In this document: piece after piece, positions 1-11,173 of the stretch
Layout: every line of letters begins with the position of its first letter
Position numbering within the stretch: the stretch's first letter is position 1
Source: Hyphochytrium catenoides
Taxonomy: Eukaryota; Protista; Hyphochytriomycota
NCBI GenBank assembly: GCA_900088475.1
Contig: FLMG01002327.1
Span: forward strand, 1-39,329
Direction: 5' to 3'
DNA: 39,329 nucleotides
Program-made: the position numbers and the translations under genes
The notes under the pieces: model-generated
Told to the model about the DNA's origin: nothing
The model's input: only the letters and a program-made list of their open reading frames with translations
The model's database searches: none

Positions 1-670
1 TGGGGGCCGGGGTTGCGCCCGCGAAGAAGAGAAAGAGAGTTAGGTAGGAACAGTCATCAGGAGGCTGTTCTTTGGTGCCACAGATGTGCGTAGTCCTCGT
101 CATAGGTACGGTCGCAACAGATTGGGCTCGTACACTTCTAACTAACACCAAGGACACAGCGTACCCGATAGCCGTTAGCGCCTACTAGGGTCACCATCGT
201 AGCTTTGAAGTGATGTTCACGTGATGATTCCTCCTCGCGCAAGACAAGTGCAGTCAAAAGATCTACAGTCACCAGAGATCAGAGGTGCTGTCTAGAGGCG
301 ATTGCAGGGTGCAGGGCAAACTTGGTCGAAGAAAGAGGGAAGTTATCCCTGTGTAGCATGACGACGCCAATAGAGAGCACCTCAAGGCTGCACTGACAAG
401 AAGCTGCAGAGTTGTGGTTGTGGACGGAGAGCAGCGGCAGGGTGGTCATCTGGAAGCAGTAACTTCGCGAACCTCGTTTGCAACTAGAAGCATATACGTG
501 ACTCAGTCAGTAGGGCGCAAAAGCAGAGTTCTAAATTGCGGATCAGCCCAGCCGGAAGTCAGCCAGGTAAACCGCTTTGCGTCATGGGTGACGAGAAACC
601 TCTATAGTGTGCTTATATGATAAGTGAACCTGCTGTCCGCTCAGTGCGGTGGTAGGTTGAGAGGAGAACG

Positions 671-3600
671 ATGAGGACCAGTGTCAGGATACTACTTCTG
701 GGCGAAGGTGGGGAGATTATTGTTTGGTTGTCCGGGTTTTTATCTTAATAGCACTTCAACGTCCCAGAAAAAGTGGGGAAGACTTCCCTGATAAGTGCGT
801 TGGTCTCACAGCACTTTTCTGAGAAGGTATCGTATCATGCATGATACTTGGCTCACAATAGCATCACCTGATCTTCAGCCTTCTGGCCGTGATAGGTCCC
901 CTCTGTTATGCATGAAGTTCAGATCCCTGCGGAGGAGAGTTTAGAGAACGTTGTAACGACGATTGTTGACTCTTCCTGTACGTTACTTGTTGGCAAGCGC
1001 AGTATCTTAGTACTTGCTTAATGACCAGCTTCACCCTCGTCACAGCTGCTCCGGAAGACCGTCCCAAAGTTAAGGACCAAATACTTAAGGCCGACGCCAT
1101 TGTCCTGGTCTATGATCTTGAGAACCCTGATACTTTTGAAAAAGTCAAGGCGTACTGGTTGCCACTTATCCAAGCTACCAAGGACATCCCCGTGGTGCTG
1201 GTCGGTAATAAGGTTGACCTGAAGCGCGAATCAGAATGGGGGGATGCTTTAAAGAAGATACAATTGGAAGTTCAGCCCCTGCTGACCCAGTTTGAGGTGA
1301 GCCATGGACCACCTTTCTGCCATTATGTAGTTGACGCCAAAGAAGCCGTCATGTCTTCGCGACGTCGGGGCGGTTAGGAGGGACAGCTGAAGACAGAGCG
1401 TCCTTGCAATCATAGAGGCGTCGGATGTTGCATTGCCAGTGTTATCTAATGAGTCCATTTCGTCCTCTATAGTTCATCCATGCTTGCCTGGAGTGCTCTG
1501 CCAAAGATTCGGATTACATTCAGTCGGTCTTCTATCACAGTAGGAAGGCCGTCATCTACCCTATCGCTCCTCTGCTGAACATGAGAAGCAGTGTAAGTAG
1601 AGCTTTAGAGCCACGGTAAAACAGCATGCCGCTTTCTTGAGACCTTCCCTAACAAGACTTCGCAGAGCATGCAACCTGCCTTTGAAAAAGCGTTAAAGCG
1701 AGTCTTCCGCCTATTTGATGCCGATCATGACGGGTTTTTGAATGACAAGGAAGCCAATGGTTTCCAGGTACCTGCCAGCTTACCAATACTATGATCTGAT
1801 AGAGGATGGAGAAAATATATTAGTCGCTGATGTAACGATACTCCGGCTCTGTTCATTCTGTCCTTTATTCGCTCTTTGACCTCATGGACAAGGTCCATTG
1901 CTTCGGGGTGGATTTGGAGAAGGAAGAGGTCCAAAGTTTGAAACAGGCTGTCCGGAAAAGATCTAAAGAAGGAGTGGATCCAAGCAAAGGTTTCAATCCT
2001 CTCGGATTTATTTACCTCCATAGGGTCTTCATCGAGAGTAATAGACCGGAAACCTGCTGGCAGGTATTCCAAGCCCACTCCTCATTTTTCGTTTATCCCA
2101 ATATTTGCTAAAAAGTGAAGTCTTGCTCCTCAGGTCCTCCGACGGTGTGGGTACAACGAGCACATAGAGCTACTTTATCCTCAGAATTTTCAGGCACTGG
2201 CTGATGAGTATAATGGGAGGATAGTTGAGTTATCTACAGACGCAGTAAAGTTCCTCACGGCAATATTCCATCAGGTACTAGAGAGGACGACCTTCACACG
2301 CCGCCTTCCTGTTCTCTGTGCTCCTTCCATTCAGAGCTTCCGTCTTTCTTCCGTTCTCTTGCACCGAGCTCTTTAGGTATCCTCCTCCGTTACCATATTT
2401 TATGTGAGGCTCGCTAGAGAGAGACAATCTAACTGACGAGTCGACACTCCAGTTCGACTCAGACAAGGACGGGGTCCTGTCAGTAGAGGATCTGCAAGAA
2501 CTATTTTCCATCTGCCCCAACCCAGGCATCCCATGGTCTCAACTTGACTGGCCAGCGGTGGAAGATGGAAAGGGAAGCCCTTCAGGTCTCACACTGCACG
2601 GGTGGCTTGCACAGTGGAGGTAAGCCAAAAAGTAGGCACACCACCCCAACAGGACACCCTACATGTTAGATAAATCCTTACCTTCTGATTTTGACTGTAT
2701 TAGTCCCTGACGGCATCTTGTTTGTCCTCTATTGTCAGTATAACGACGCTTCTCGACCTGCCCACGACGCTGGAGTTACTCTACTGCTTAGGTTATAGAG
2801 GGACGTCATTCAGCGCAGAATCAGCCATCCAGGGTTTCAGGTAAGTGGCTGCTCCTCACTGAGTTTCAGAGATCTCTTCCCTTCGAGGTTGCGTCGTCTC
2901 GTTTTATCCGTATGTCATGTCGTCTCTTCTCTCCTTCATCTTGCTGTCATACCCTCTTGAACATATCGATCTTCTAGTGCTCAGCCGAAAGATGCTTCCA
3001 AGCTGGCGAATCGGAGTGTACTTCGCTGTTTGGTTTTGGGGGATAGTGCAGCAAAGGTACCCTCATCTCTTAAAATTCCTCACTGGTACACGCCCTTATT
3101 GACCATACCCACAGCCTATGTTACTCCAGTTGCTGTTGGGTAGGCCGTCACGATCGTCAACCAGCATCAACCGGTCCGTGGCAAACTATGTCTCACCCAT
3201 ATCTGGGGATAAAGGGCGCTACTTAGTGGTAAGTTGACAGTGAGGCACGTAGGCGAGGGAAGGTCATTACTGCTCTTGAACAGTGTCAACCTCGTCAAGC
3301 TTAACCTTCCTCTCTCTATCCTATCCCTCGCCTCGTGGTGCTCCTTTATTCTTATGCACAATAAGCTGCTAAGTAGCTCTATCGTAACTCCTGCCGTTGT
3401 CATTTGTCTTTCTGGATTCATCACCTCCTGAGCAGATGTCAGATTTTGACTTGAACAGCCAAGAGTCTATTCTCTCAAACCCGGGAGTTCTAGCGCAAGC
3501 GGATGTAGTTCTGATAGTGATGGACCAGGGCAACAGCTCCTCATTCAAGTTTGCTCTGAACCTCCATGAACGTCTTCCAATCTCTGTACCTCGGGTTTAC

Positions 3601-4231
3601 GCTGTGCAGACTGAAGAAGGCAAGCGGGAGGTAAGGATGGGAGAATATCGAGGGAAAAACCCTGAGATGGCTAACCAAACTTTGGGGCTGATTGCTATCA
3701 GCGTCTCCTATCCTCTCTCGAGTGGGAGTCTATCAAAAGACACTGTCGGGAATTAGGCTTAAGCGTCCCTTTGCTGCTGAAGAGCAAGACGCCCACCTGC
3801 TCAGACCCTCAGAAGCCTGAGGAGGATAAAGATAATGTCTTTCAAGTTCTAGTGGATGTCGCAACAAATCCGTAAGTTCACTATTCGCTCTATGTTGTCC
3901 ACCGTATAGCTGCTTCGCCTTGACTACTAATACGTGCATCGCTCGTAATTGTGATGACGGTACCCGTTTGCTGCCATCTGGCAAACATCTGCTTAAAACT
4001 TGGCTCTGACGAATTACTTGCTGCTTTTTCCTGCTCTCTAGGCGCAAAGGTCGAGTCAAGGTTGGAGGGATTGCCTCCCGCTTGCTTGGTAGAGAAGCAA
4101 TGGTTCTTTCTATTGCCATCCTTAGTCTGGGAGTTGGTCTGGCCTTTTGGTCAGGCTACCTTGGCCGCATGAACGGCTCTCGGCTGAAGCCTCACATCGA
4201 CCGAATGGTTGGGAAGTGGAGAGGCAAGTAG
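671..4231 (+). CDS. MIRO: Mitochondrial Rho GTPase (Miro/Gem1), about 15 exons
   Basis: Hand-spliced with GT-AG introns (e.g. 708-767, 827-895, 978-1045, 1297-1472). Reads MRTSVRILLLGEEKVGKTSLISAL (P-loop), VVLVGNKVDL (G4), CLECSAK, EF-hand 1 FRLFDADHDGFLNDKE, ELM-like FIESNRPETCWQVLRRCGY, EF-hand 2 FDSDKDGVLSVED, LTLHGWLAQW, a divergent second GTPase domain, and a C-terminal anchor (AMVLSIAILSLGVGLAFW) with a basic tail. Stop TAG 4229-4231. Confidence 0.95.
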
Positions 4232-4450
4232 AGCTACAAAGAGAGGGAAGCGACAAACAGAAAATGAAGTCAGAACACTAGGAGGTTATCCTTAAGATCC
4301 CGGTCTATCGACCTATATAAGGGATCTGTGAATATTGAGGCGCTCTGATAAGGTAGAGACAAATGCTTTTGTTCATCCATTATAACACGCAGGAGCTGGG
4401 ATACTATGATACATACAATACACCTAACCCTGCAAAGAGGTGCCTATTTA

Positions 4451-7400
4451 TTATGCAGTGGCCTGGAGATAGCTCCTCGCCTCCTGTAAGAGGGAATGGA
4501 TGAAGTTGGGATGTCCGATTGCTTTTTTCAGGAACTTCTTCGCCTTCTCGCTGGACAATTCCCAATCAATCTGCTCGCTGGAAAAACGTAGTAAAAGAAA
4601 AGCGATTGCCAATGCCGTGGCCCAGCATTGCTCCGAGATGGAGTCCAACTCTGGGCGGCCTGAGAAGAGAGAGACACACTTCTTTTTCAACTCCTCCAGA
4701 GGTTTCTCCAATGCATTTGCGAGTGGTTGGCTTAGAACGTAAGAGCCATCATATTCTTGAAGAAAGATGATGGCGGACACAGTGGCCCCTGAACACGTGG
4801 GCGCACTGGGAAGGGCATTGAAAAAGCGGCTATTATCTTCCTGATCTGTCAACATCTCCGCAAGGTCAAGCATGCTTGCAGTGTCGTTGGCCGCTTCTTC
4901 ATACTCAGCGGTCCCCGCTGCTTCAGCATCAGGTGAATAACCACCTCCTTCTGCAATCTCCATACCTCCCTTTCTTTTCCCTGCTCTTCTCTCTCTTTTC
5001 TTCTCCTTTGTGTCCTTCAGATTCACGCCACCGGAGTTAGCAGTAGAGAGGGTGGGTGCCATTCCCCTTGCAGCTGCGCCCGCAACCATTAGGGAAGGAG
5101 ACGGAGGACATGGACAAGGGGGAGGTGGTGGAGGGTAAGTCCCAGAAGGTGCAGAAAATGTTGAGGACGCATCGGGTGCAAGACCTGGAGAGAGAACCGC
5201 TGACATCATTTGGGGCGGACCGCGGACCGCTGACATCATTTGGGGGGCAGACATCATCTGGGGGGCGGAAAGCATTGGGGGCGGACTGAACATCGCAGAC
5301 ATCATTTGGCGCGCGCCTCCGAAAAACCCAGATGAACCAGCAGATCTTTTCTTGGGCTGCATTCTAAAGGACTGCGCTTGCTGCTGTAGCAGCACCCCTG
5401 AGTTCATAAAACCAGGTGATAGAGCAGCAGCACGAAGGATTTGAGCCTGGATCGGTGCTTGCGCCATTTGCTTTTGTGGGGCTACCAGCGGAACCTCTAT
5501 CCTCTGAATCGGCTCAGGTATCGTGACCTCCGTCTTAGTAGACTTATCCACGACGATGTAGGAAGTCTCAGAAGACGCGAGACCGAACTCACAGCCCAGC
5601 CGGATAATCTCCTCTTTCGCCGTTTTGCCCTCTGGCACCTTCCCTCTGCCTTCCTCTAGATCCCGGATCTGCTCTCTGACTGCCAGACGGTGGATGATGT
5701 CCCCCTCCAGCATATTTTCCTCATTGACGGACAACGAGAGACACAGAGGACCACTAGGGCCTTCAGCAGTCACAGTCACAAACTGTGGGATGGACTCCAC
5801 ACCCTCATTAAACAAACAAAAAGCTCGGAGAAGCGAGCCGTCGAAGATGGGAGGAATCTCATGGGGAGCTTGGCAGTATTGGTCTGGAGGCAACTCCACA
5901 TTGCTCGTCTGCTGCGGTTTCTTTCGACGAAGACCAAACAAGGTCTTCTGGGTGAGAGACTGCTCCGTAGGTACAGAAGAGGCAACCAAACAATCAGCCC
6001 ATGATACTTTGACATTGTTCAATGCTGGCTGCACGGCGTGCTTCATTTGTATCATCATCTTCCTGTCCATTTTTTCCCCAGGAATCACGAAGACTGAGCG
6101 GCCTTTGCCAGACCTAGCCATTCCTTCCACGAGATGGTGGCTGACATTGTATCCGATACCGACTGAAAACACACGTCCTTGCGCAGCGTTCTTGCTGATG
6201 ATCCTGAGGACTTCTGAAGTGTTGGAGACTTCGCCATCTGTCAGTACGAAGATCTGGCGTTGATACTCTGGGTTGGTCTTCTGCTTATAGACAGCCTTCA
6301 GGGGCTCCAAGATCTCTGTTCCCCCTAAGTCTGCATCCATTTTGTTGATGTAGGTAGTTGCCTGAGCCATAGACTCTGGGCCGTACTGTCTACTGCCCTC
6401 AGGAAAGAGGGATTCAAAGTTGGAGCCAAAGCGAATAATGTTGAACAGTGCCGTCTCAGGTACAGAGCGCAGTAACAGCTGTAGCGCAACTCGAGCTTCC
6501 GCTATTTGAGAGCCGCTCATAGAACCTGAGCAGTCGACGATAAAGATGACCTCCACTTTCTGTTCTGTCATCTCGAACTCCGGCACGAAGGAAACGAGTG
6601 CTGCAAGAGTTTTCTTCTTGTCCTTCGTCCCGTCAGGGATCCATTCCCGTGTCTCAACCAGCAGCTGAGGCTTGAAGGGCTTCTCTAAACCGAAAGAAAC
6701 CACTAAGTCACGGTTCATCTCAATGTCCTCTAAAACAAGTCTCTCTGGAAAGGCGGAGGGCTGGGAGAGAGTAGAATTCGGGCGCTGGGACGATGGGCCC
6801 GCCGCAGTCTCAAGCGCTAAGTCCAGAGCGTTTTGATGCGTCGATGAGAAGATGGCTTGTATCTTCGAGCTCATCTTTGGCTCGATGGTCACCTTCATCT
6901 GATAGCTAGCAGTAGCGCTATATGAAGGGTTCTGAAAGTTATCGCTTCCAGGCTCTTTTGTTTGAGGAATGTACCGAGGTGCAATGGAGGTTGGCAGGAC
7001 GAACTGCGTGGTGTTAGTGATGTTGTCCCAGGTGAGGTCGCAGGAGTAGCCAATGATAATGTCGCAGGTGCTGCCAGGACGGAGGTTTCCCACGGCAGCA
7101 CGAAAGATGTCCGCTTTCTGCTGCTCAAGGAGGAAAGCCGAAGATCCTGCATCCAGAGCTTGTTGATACTCCATGGCTGCCTGCTTTTTCTCCTTCACTT
7201 TCCCCACCAATTCCCTTCCGTCCAGCACGGCTTCGAAGCGTGTCACTGCCGCCCTCTCATCTAACGGGAAGACGAACTCTGCTTCAATGTTGTTTGGTCG
7301 GTCATTGAAATACTGCTGCTTGATGGTGACCTCAGCCACAGTGTCAACGACAAGAACTTGGACATCAATGCCTTTCAGAGGCAAGGACCTTTGTGTGGGA

Positions 7401-7477
7401 CTGACTAATGGAGTGCCATCATGCGATGGGCCTGCTCGACAGATGAGCCTTGCGCAAGTAGAGTCTTTTCCTACCAT
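4451..7477 (-). CDS. VWA5A: VIT + von Willebrand A domain protein (VWA5A/PARP4-like), 1008 aa, intronless
   Basis: Single ORF. VIT domain (AEVTIKQQYFN..IEAEFVFPLDERAAVTRFEA), MIDAS motifs FIVDCSGSM, GGTEI and VLTDGEV, then LASSETSYIVVD, a Pro/Met-rich linker, and the C-terminal domain QEYDGSY...WATALAIAFL...DWELSSEKAKKFL. The start lies about 95 bp from an assembly gap, so extra 5' exons cannot be excluded. Confidence 0.9.
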   Translation of the reverse strand: MVGKDSTCARLICRAGPSHDGTPLVSPTQRSLPLKGIDVQVLVVDTVAEVTIKQQYFNDRPNNIEAEFVFPLDERAAVTRFEAVLDGRELVGKVKEKKQAAMEYQQALDAGSSAFLLEQQKADIFRAAVGNLRPGSTCDIIIGYSCDLTWDNITNTTQFVLPTSIAPRYIPQTKEPGSDNFQNPSYSATASYQMKVTIEPKMSSKIQAIFSSTHQNALDLALETAAGPSSQRPNSTLSQPSAFPERLVLEDIEMNRDLVVSFGLEKPFKPQLLVETREWIPDGTKDKKKTLAALVSFVPEFEMTEQKVEVIFIVDCSGSMSGSQIAEARVALQLLLRSVPETALFNIIRFGSNFESLFPEGSRQYGPESMAQATTYINKMDADLGGTEILEPLKAVYKQKTNPEYQRQIFVLTDGEVSNTSEVLRIISKNAAQGRVFSVGIGYNVSHHLVEGMARSGKGRSVFVIPGEKMDRKMMIQMKHAVQPALNNVKVSWADCLVASSVPTEQSLTQKTLFGLRRKKPQQTSNVELPPDQYCQAPHEIPPIFDGSLLRAFCLFNEGVESIPQFVTVTAEGPSGPLCLSLSVNEENMLEGDIIHRLAVREQIRDLEEGRGKVPEGKTAKEEIIRLGCEFGLASSETSYIVVDKSTKTEVTIPEPIQRIEVPLVAPQKQMAQAPIQAQILRAAALSPGFMNSGVLLQQQAQSFRMQPKKRSAGSSGFFGGARQMMSAMFSPPPMLSAPQMMSAPQMMSAVRGPPQMMSAVLSPGLAPDASSTFSAPSGTYPPPPPPCPCPPSPSLMVAGAAARGMAPTLSTANSGGVNLKDTKEKKRERRAGKRKGGMEIAEGGGYSPDAEAAGTAEYEEAANDTASMLDLAEMLTDQEDNSRFFNALPSAPTCSGATVSAIIFLQEYDGSYVLSQPLANALEKPLEELKKKCVSLFSGRPELDSISEQCWATALAIAFLLLRFSSEQIDWELSSEKAKKFLKKAIGHPNFIHSLLQEARSYLQATA

Positions 7478-7572
7478 GATTCAATATGCAGGCCAGAGGT
7501 AACCGCGGGGTGGTGATAAGAATCTATGAGAGATGGGAAGAGGACGCTGCTCGAACACGGTTTTCTTATCGC

Positions 7573-7582
7573 NNNNNNNNNN

Positions 7583-7628
<46 letters not shown>

Positions 7629-7670
7629 AGAGAGATGGAAGAGAGAGGAGAAGAAGAGAAAGAGAGCGAG
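7573..7670. repeat. (GA)n microsatellite and GA-rich tract beside a 10-N assembly gap
   Basis: N at 7573-7582, perfect GA dinucleotide run to about 7626, then degenerate purine-rich sequence. Confidence 0.95.
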
Positions 7671-9151
7671 TGCAAGAGACAGGAGAGTGGTAGTGAGAGC
7701 AAAGGAAGGGACAATGAAGAGGAGAAAGGCGTTGATAAAGAAAGAGTGCTTGTTTCCTCTTCGATGAAACCGCTACCGAGACAGGACAGAGAGAGAGAGT
7801 GACCGGCTCTGAGAACTTTCTTTACATTCATTCCTCCAGATGTATGTCTAACAAATGCTGTAGATGGGCGGCCATTGACATACACTCTTCCTCCAATGCA
7901 AGGAGTGATGGTGGGAGTGATGGTCCTAGTGATTTTAGGTCTCTATCCATGATAAGCGGGCTCTGTAGTTCCTTCTTCCTGGAGGTTATCTATATTATTC
8001 AGAATGTGAGGCCAAGCCAATCAGGCGGTGCCACGAAGTGCTAGCCTGCCCAGAGCAGATGAGGATGATGGTCTCTTTGGGCTCACCCAGTCAATTGATG
8101 CACTACTAGGGCACCTGAACCGCTGATGATCTAGATCTACGCTTCTCACTGGCATCTCAGATTTAACCTATAGAAGATGTACGAGAGCGGATATCATTGG
8201 AAAGCTTTCATTGGGGGACCAAGCTATTAACCTAGAGAGTCCTAGAGCATAAGTCATGCGGTATAACATCAGCCATGCACGTATGGAGGCGATGACTAAT
8301 CTTAGCCAGCGAACACCTGCTCTTTCCGATAAGTCGGGGGCTCCTGAGAGTGAGTATGGCACCCAGCAACACATCAGGCACTCGCAGCCAGCTTCAATGC
8401 TATCTTTGATAGGTTACATTGGGATTTCCTTACATCGGGTGCTGTCATGACTACTGACTGACAAGAGACTAACGGTGCGTGAAGATAGCACGGTGTCACA
8501 ATTCCGCGCTTACAAACCCTTAATTTACTCCAGCTACCTAAGACTACGGCTTGAAAAAAGTATAAACCGTCACAATCTGCCGGTACTCGTCACCTGCGGA
8601 CTCGGTTGGAGTCTTGGCAGCCAATTGTCAAACTAGGTAGCTGCTTGCCTTTAGGACGCGCCAGGGACTAATAGATTTCTTGTGCATGCGGCCGATGTGA
8701 GGATTCTTGTTGAGTTAGGAGCTTGTAAAGATCCGGGGACGGTGCTGTGCTCTATCCCTAGGCAGCCATAAGCTCAAGGTTCCGGGCCTTTCGCACTCTG
8801 TTGGTGTTCTCCTGAAAACAAGCGTGACATCCAGCTTCTATTATAACACTTGCCATGCCACTGGGTACACACACCATCTGCTCATTACCGAGACCCCAAC
8901 TACCAGAGGCACTACAACCGATTCGCCGTTTCCAATGTAGCCTTCTTGAGAACAGTTCGACCATTGTTTAAGGCTGAATCGATGTACCTACTGTTGACGA
9001 CATCACTGTGGAGCAACAAGGAATCAAAGGGAAACAGAAAACCACAGCACAGCGGAAGAAGAGCGGTCAAGTGGTACAGCGAACCTTGTCTTGACCTAAC
9101 CAGTCGAAGGGCCGCGTCTACAGCTACCAATAAATAAAGTGGGATAGATAT

Positions 9152-9893
9152 CTAAAGCTTGCCCTGTTCTAAAAATTGATAAGAAGCCTCCGTCGTTAGA
9201 GTCTCCGCGGCACGCACGGTGTATCTATCCGCCTCCATGTCTCGCTTCAAAGACTCCTGATATCTTCGCAGTGTTTCGTCCACAGCATCACAGAAGTCGT
9301 TATGACGGTCTACTTCTTCTTTAAGATGTTCTCTAATGACAGGTCACAGACACTTAGTCTTCAGCTTCACGTCCGCTAGGTATGCGAAAGCCAAGAAACC
9401 CACCTCGTTTCCGCTTTCAAGGAGCTTCCTTCCATAACCTTTCGAATCTTGTCTTCCACTGAGCTGTCATCTCTACCGAGCGGATAATTATCAGCACGGG
9501 GAAGAAAACCACACTGCCATAAAGAGTTAGCAGAAGCCTTGCAGCTTACCGTGTTCGAAGGAATATGGGAATATCTTGAGAGTTTGGGGTTGTCCTTGTC
9601 GGTATGCACACAAAATGCTCTAACATGGGTATGATCTCATCATTAAGGACTTCGAGCTGTGTCGCTATTACCAGATACTGACCCAACAACTCAGGCCTTC
9701 AACACAGAGGGTTAACGGCTGGAAGGTCCAGAATCGTCGAAGCAGCACTATCTCACCATGTGACAGTCGGGTTCCAAGCAAGCGTATGCTCAAGCTTTGA
9801 GATCGTATATCTTAGATGCTCCGCCCTCGAGCGGATGGACACCAGATTTCGCTCTATACCTGATGGCGGATGATAGCCACCTGCCGCCGACAT
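9152..9893 (-). CDS. MED8: Mediator complex subunit 8 homolog, 4 exons
   Basis: Spliced product: MSAAGGYHPPSGIERNLVSIRSRAEHLRYTISKLEHTLAWNPTVTW|PELLGQYLVIATQLEVLNDEIIPMLEHFVCIP...DIPIFLRTR|DDSSVEDKIRK...ETR|EHLKEEVDRHNDFCD...FLEQGKL*. The W-P-x-LL..QL, IPxFLRT and HN motifs and the size (about 175 aa) match my knowledge of Med8. All three introns are GT-AG and preserve frame. Confidence 0.75.
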
Positions 9894-10224
9894 TGCAAAG
9901 AATGGGAAGCAGGATCTTCTGGCTTGCTGGCTTCTACAGCTGCTTCTCTTGCCTCTGCTCCTTGCAAAGTTACCCAATGCCTGCAATGGACGAGCTCTCA
10001 ATTGAGTGTTGAAGTGAGCTTCGTCCGACTCCGCAAGCCAAAACCCCGCTGCTCTAAGGTCTAGGAATAACGCCTGTGGGAATCCGATCTTGAGCTGGAA
10101 CTGAAATCTCAGATTTTGATATCTGTACTGTAGTTCTCGTTGGCATCCAAAGGGGCCTCTAACGTACAAAGGCTTTTTATGTGTTGTATGGACTATCCTT
10201 TATGGTTTATTATTAATTATATAC

Positions 10225-10920
10225 GGGTTCCTAGGGTTCTAGGGCGGAGGGAAGCGAGAACGGACCAAGAGAAAGCATCCGTCGTCTCATGATGAAGGTG
10301 GTAAGGGGACGGACGGGCAAGATGGCAAGACAGAAAGAGGAACAGCAGCATCCTCGGGGGTGTTGGCGCTGAGGATAGAAAGAGTTTCCTCCGAGGGCGT
10401 AGCGATACCATGCGACACCAAGGCAGTGACAGCTTTTGCGAACAGACCTTCTTCAGCCAGCTTGGGCGCTCGTCGGACATTTGACGGGATAGAGGAGTCC
10501 GCTACGGCGGCTTGGTCGCTAGCGGCCTCGGATGAGGGCGGCGAAGACGGATGACAGGCGGCCCTAGCTTCATCTAAAAGTCCCTCGTCTGAGAAAGCTA
10601 AGTTGAAGAAGTATGAGGGTGCTTGTCAGTCTGTGGGGCTGCACTTTGTGCCGCTAGTTTGGCAATCTTTTGGTGTGCTATGCCTTGTGCCATCGACTGT
10701 GTCCAACAGCTGGTTAAGCCTCACTGTGATCGTGCCGATCTTGATGCTTCTCGGCGTCATGGTCATTGGTCCCGGTTGGCAAAGGCTCTCACTCTTCATA
10801 CCAGAAGCGATTCATGAACAGAATGGGCTACAGATTTTGAAGCGTATTCCTCTTCAGCAGTTCGACCCCGCTCTTGCTTGCCTGAGTGAGTGTGGTGATG
10901 GTCTCCGCGCTACGTCCTCG
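10225..10920. mobile_element. Truncated, internally inverted relic of an RLE-type (CRE/R2-group-like) non-LTR retrotransposon
   Basis: Plus strand from 10591 reads EKAKLKKYEGACQSVGLHFVPLVWQSFG...WQRLS...IHEQNGLQILKR, resembling the C-terminal end of a restriction-like endonuclease domain. Minus strand 10589 to about 10290 reads NVRRAPKLAEEGLFAKAVTALVSHGIATPSEETLSILSA, resembling the region just before the RT in such elements. No RT core is seen. Outer boundaries are approximate. Confidence 0.7.
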
Positions 10921-11173
10921 TCGTTTCTCCTCCTTTTCCTTTTGTTACCGCTGAAGAACTCTATTACGATTGTTGTTCTTCCAAGACGATGGTGGAGGAG
11001 CAGAGCGAGTTGATACACAAAGAGATTTTGACATAACCTTTCTGTGACCCCTTCGTTGTTAGGGTTGCCACATCCAAAGAAGAAGTGAATGCCTAGAACA
11101 AGCAGCTTGGCGTGGAGTCTGACCGATGGGGCAAGAAGATGAGCAACACCTTCTTCTCCTTCCAGCGTATGAT

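Noticed and set aside
1-620. Possible spliced minus-strand gene divergent from Miro (DLLTALVLREEESSREHHFKATM|KCTSPICCDRTYDEDYAHLW...)
   Set aside because: Splice-like signals exist, but I found no convincing start, no recognisable motif and several competing frames.
4500-7502. Multiple plus-strand ORFs antisense to the VIT-vWA gene (up to 212 aa), and similar shadows over the fasciclin and UBA1 exons
   Set aside because: Typical antisense shadow ORFs of real coding sequence, with no motifs of their own.
7481-7885. ORFs with poly-(RE) or poly-(SL) tracts
   Set aside because: Artefacts of translating the GA microsatellite and N gap. The same applies to ORFs at 16852-17278 and 31265-31566.
8010-8450. 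Long plus-strand reading interrupted by TGA-TGA and TAA, suggesting a C-to-T-decayed pseudogene or stop-codon reassignment
   Set aside because: Stop density is not clearly below chance and no domain is recognisable. Real genes here end in TAG (Miro, MED8), TAA (fasciclin) and TGA (TUG-like), so the code is standard.
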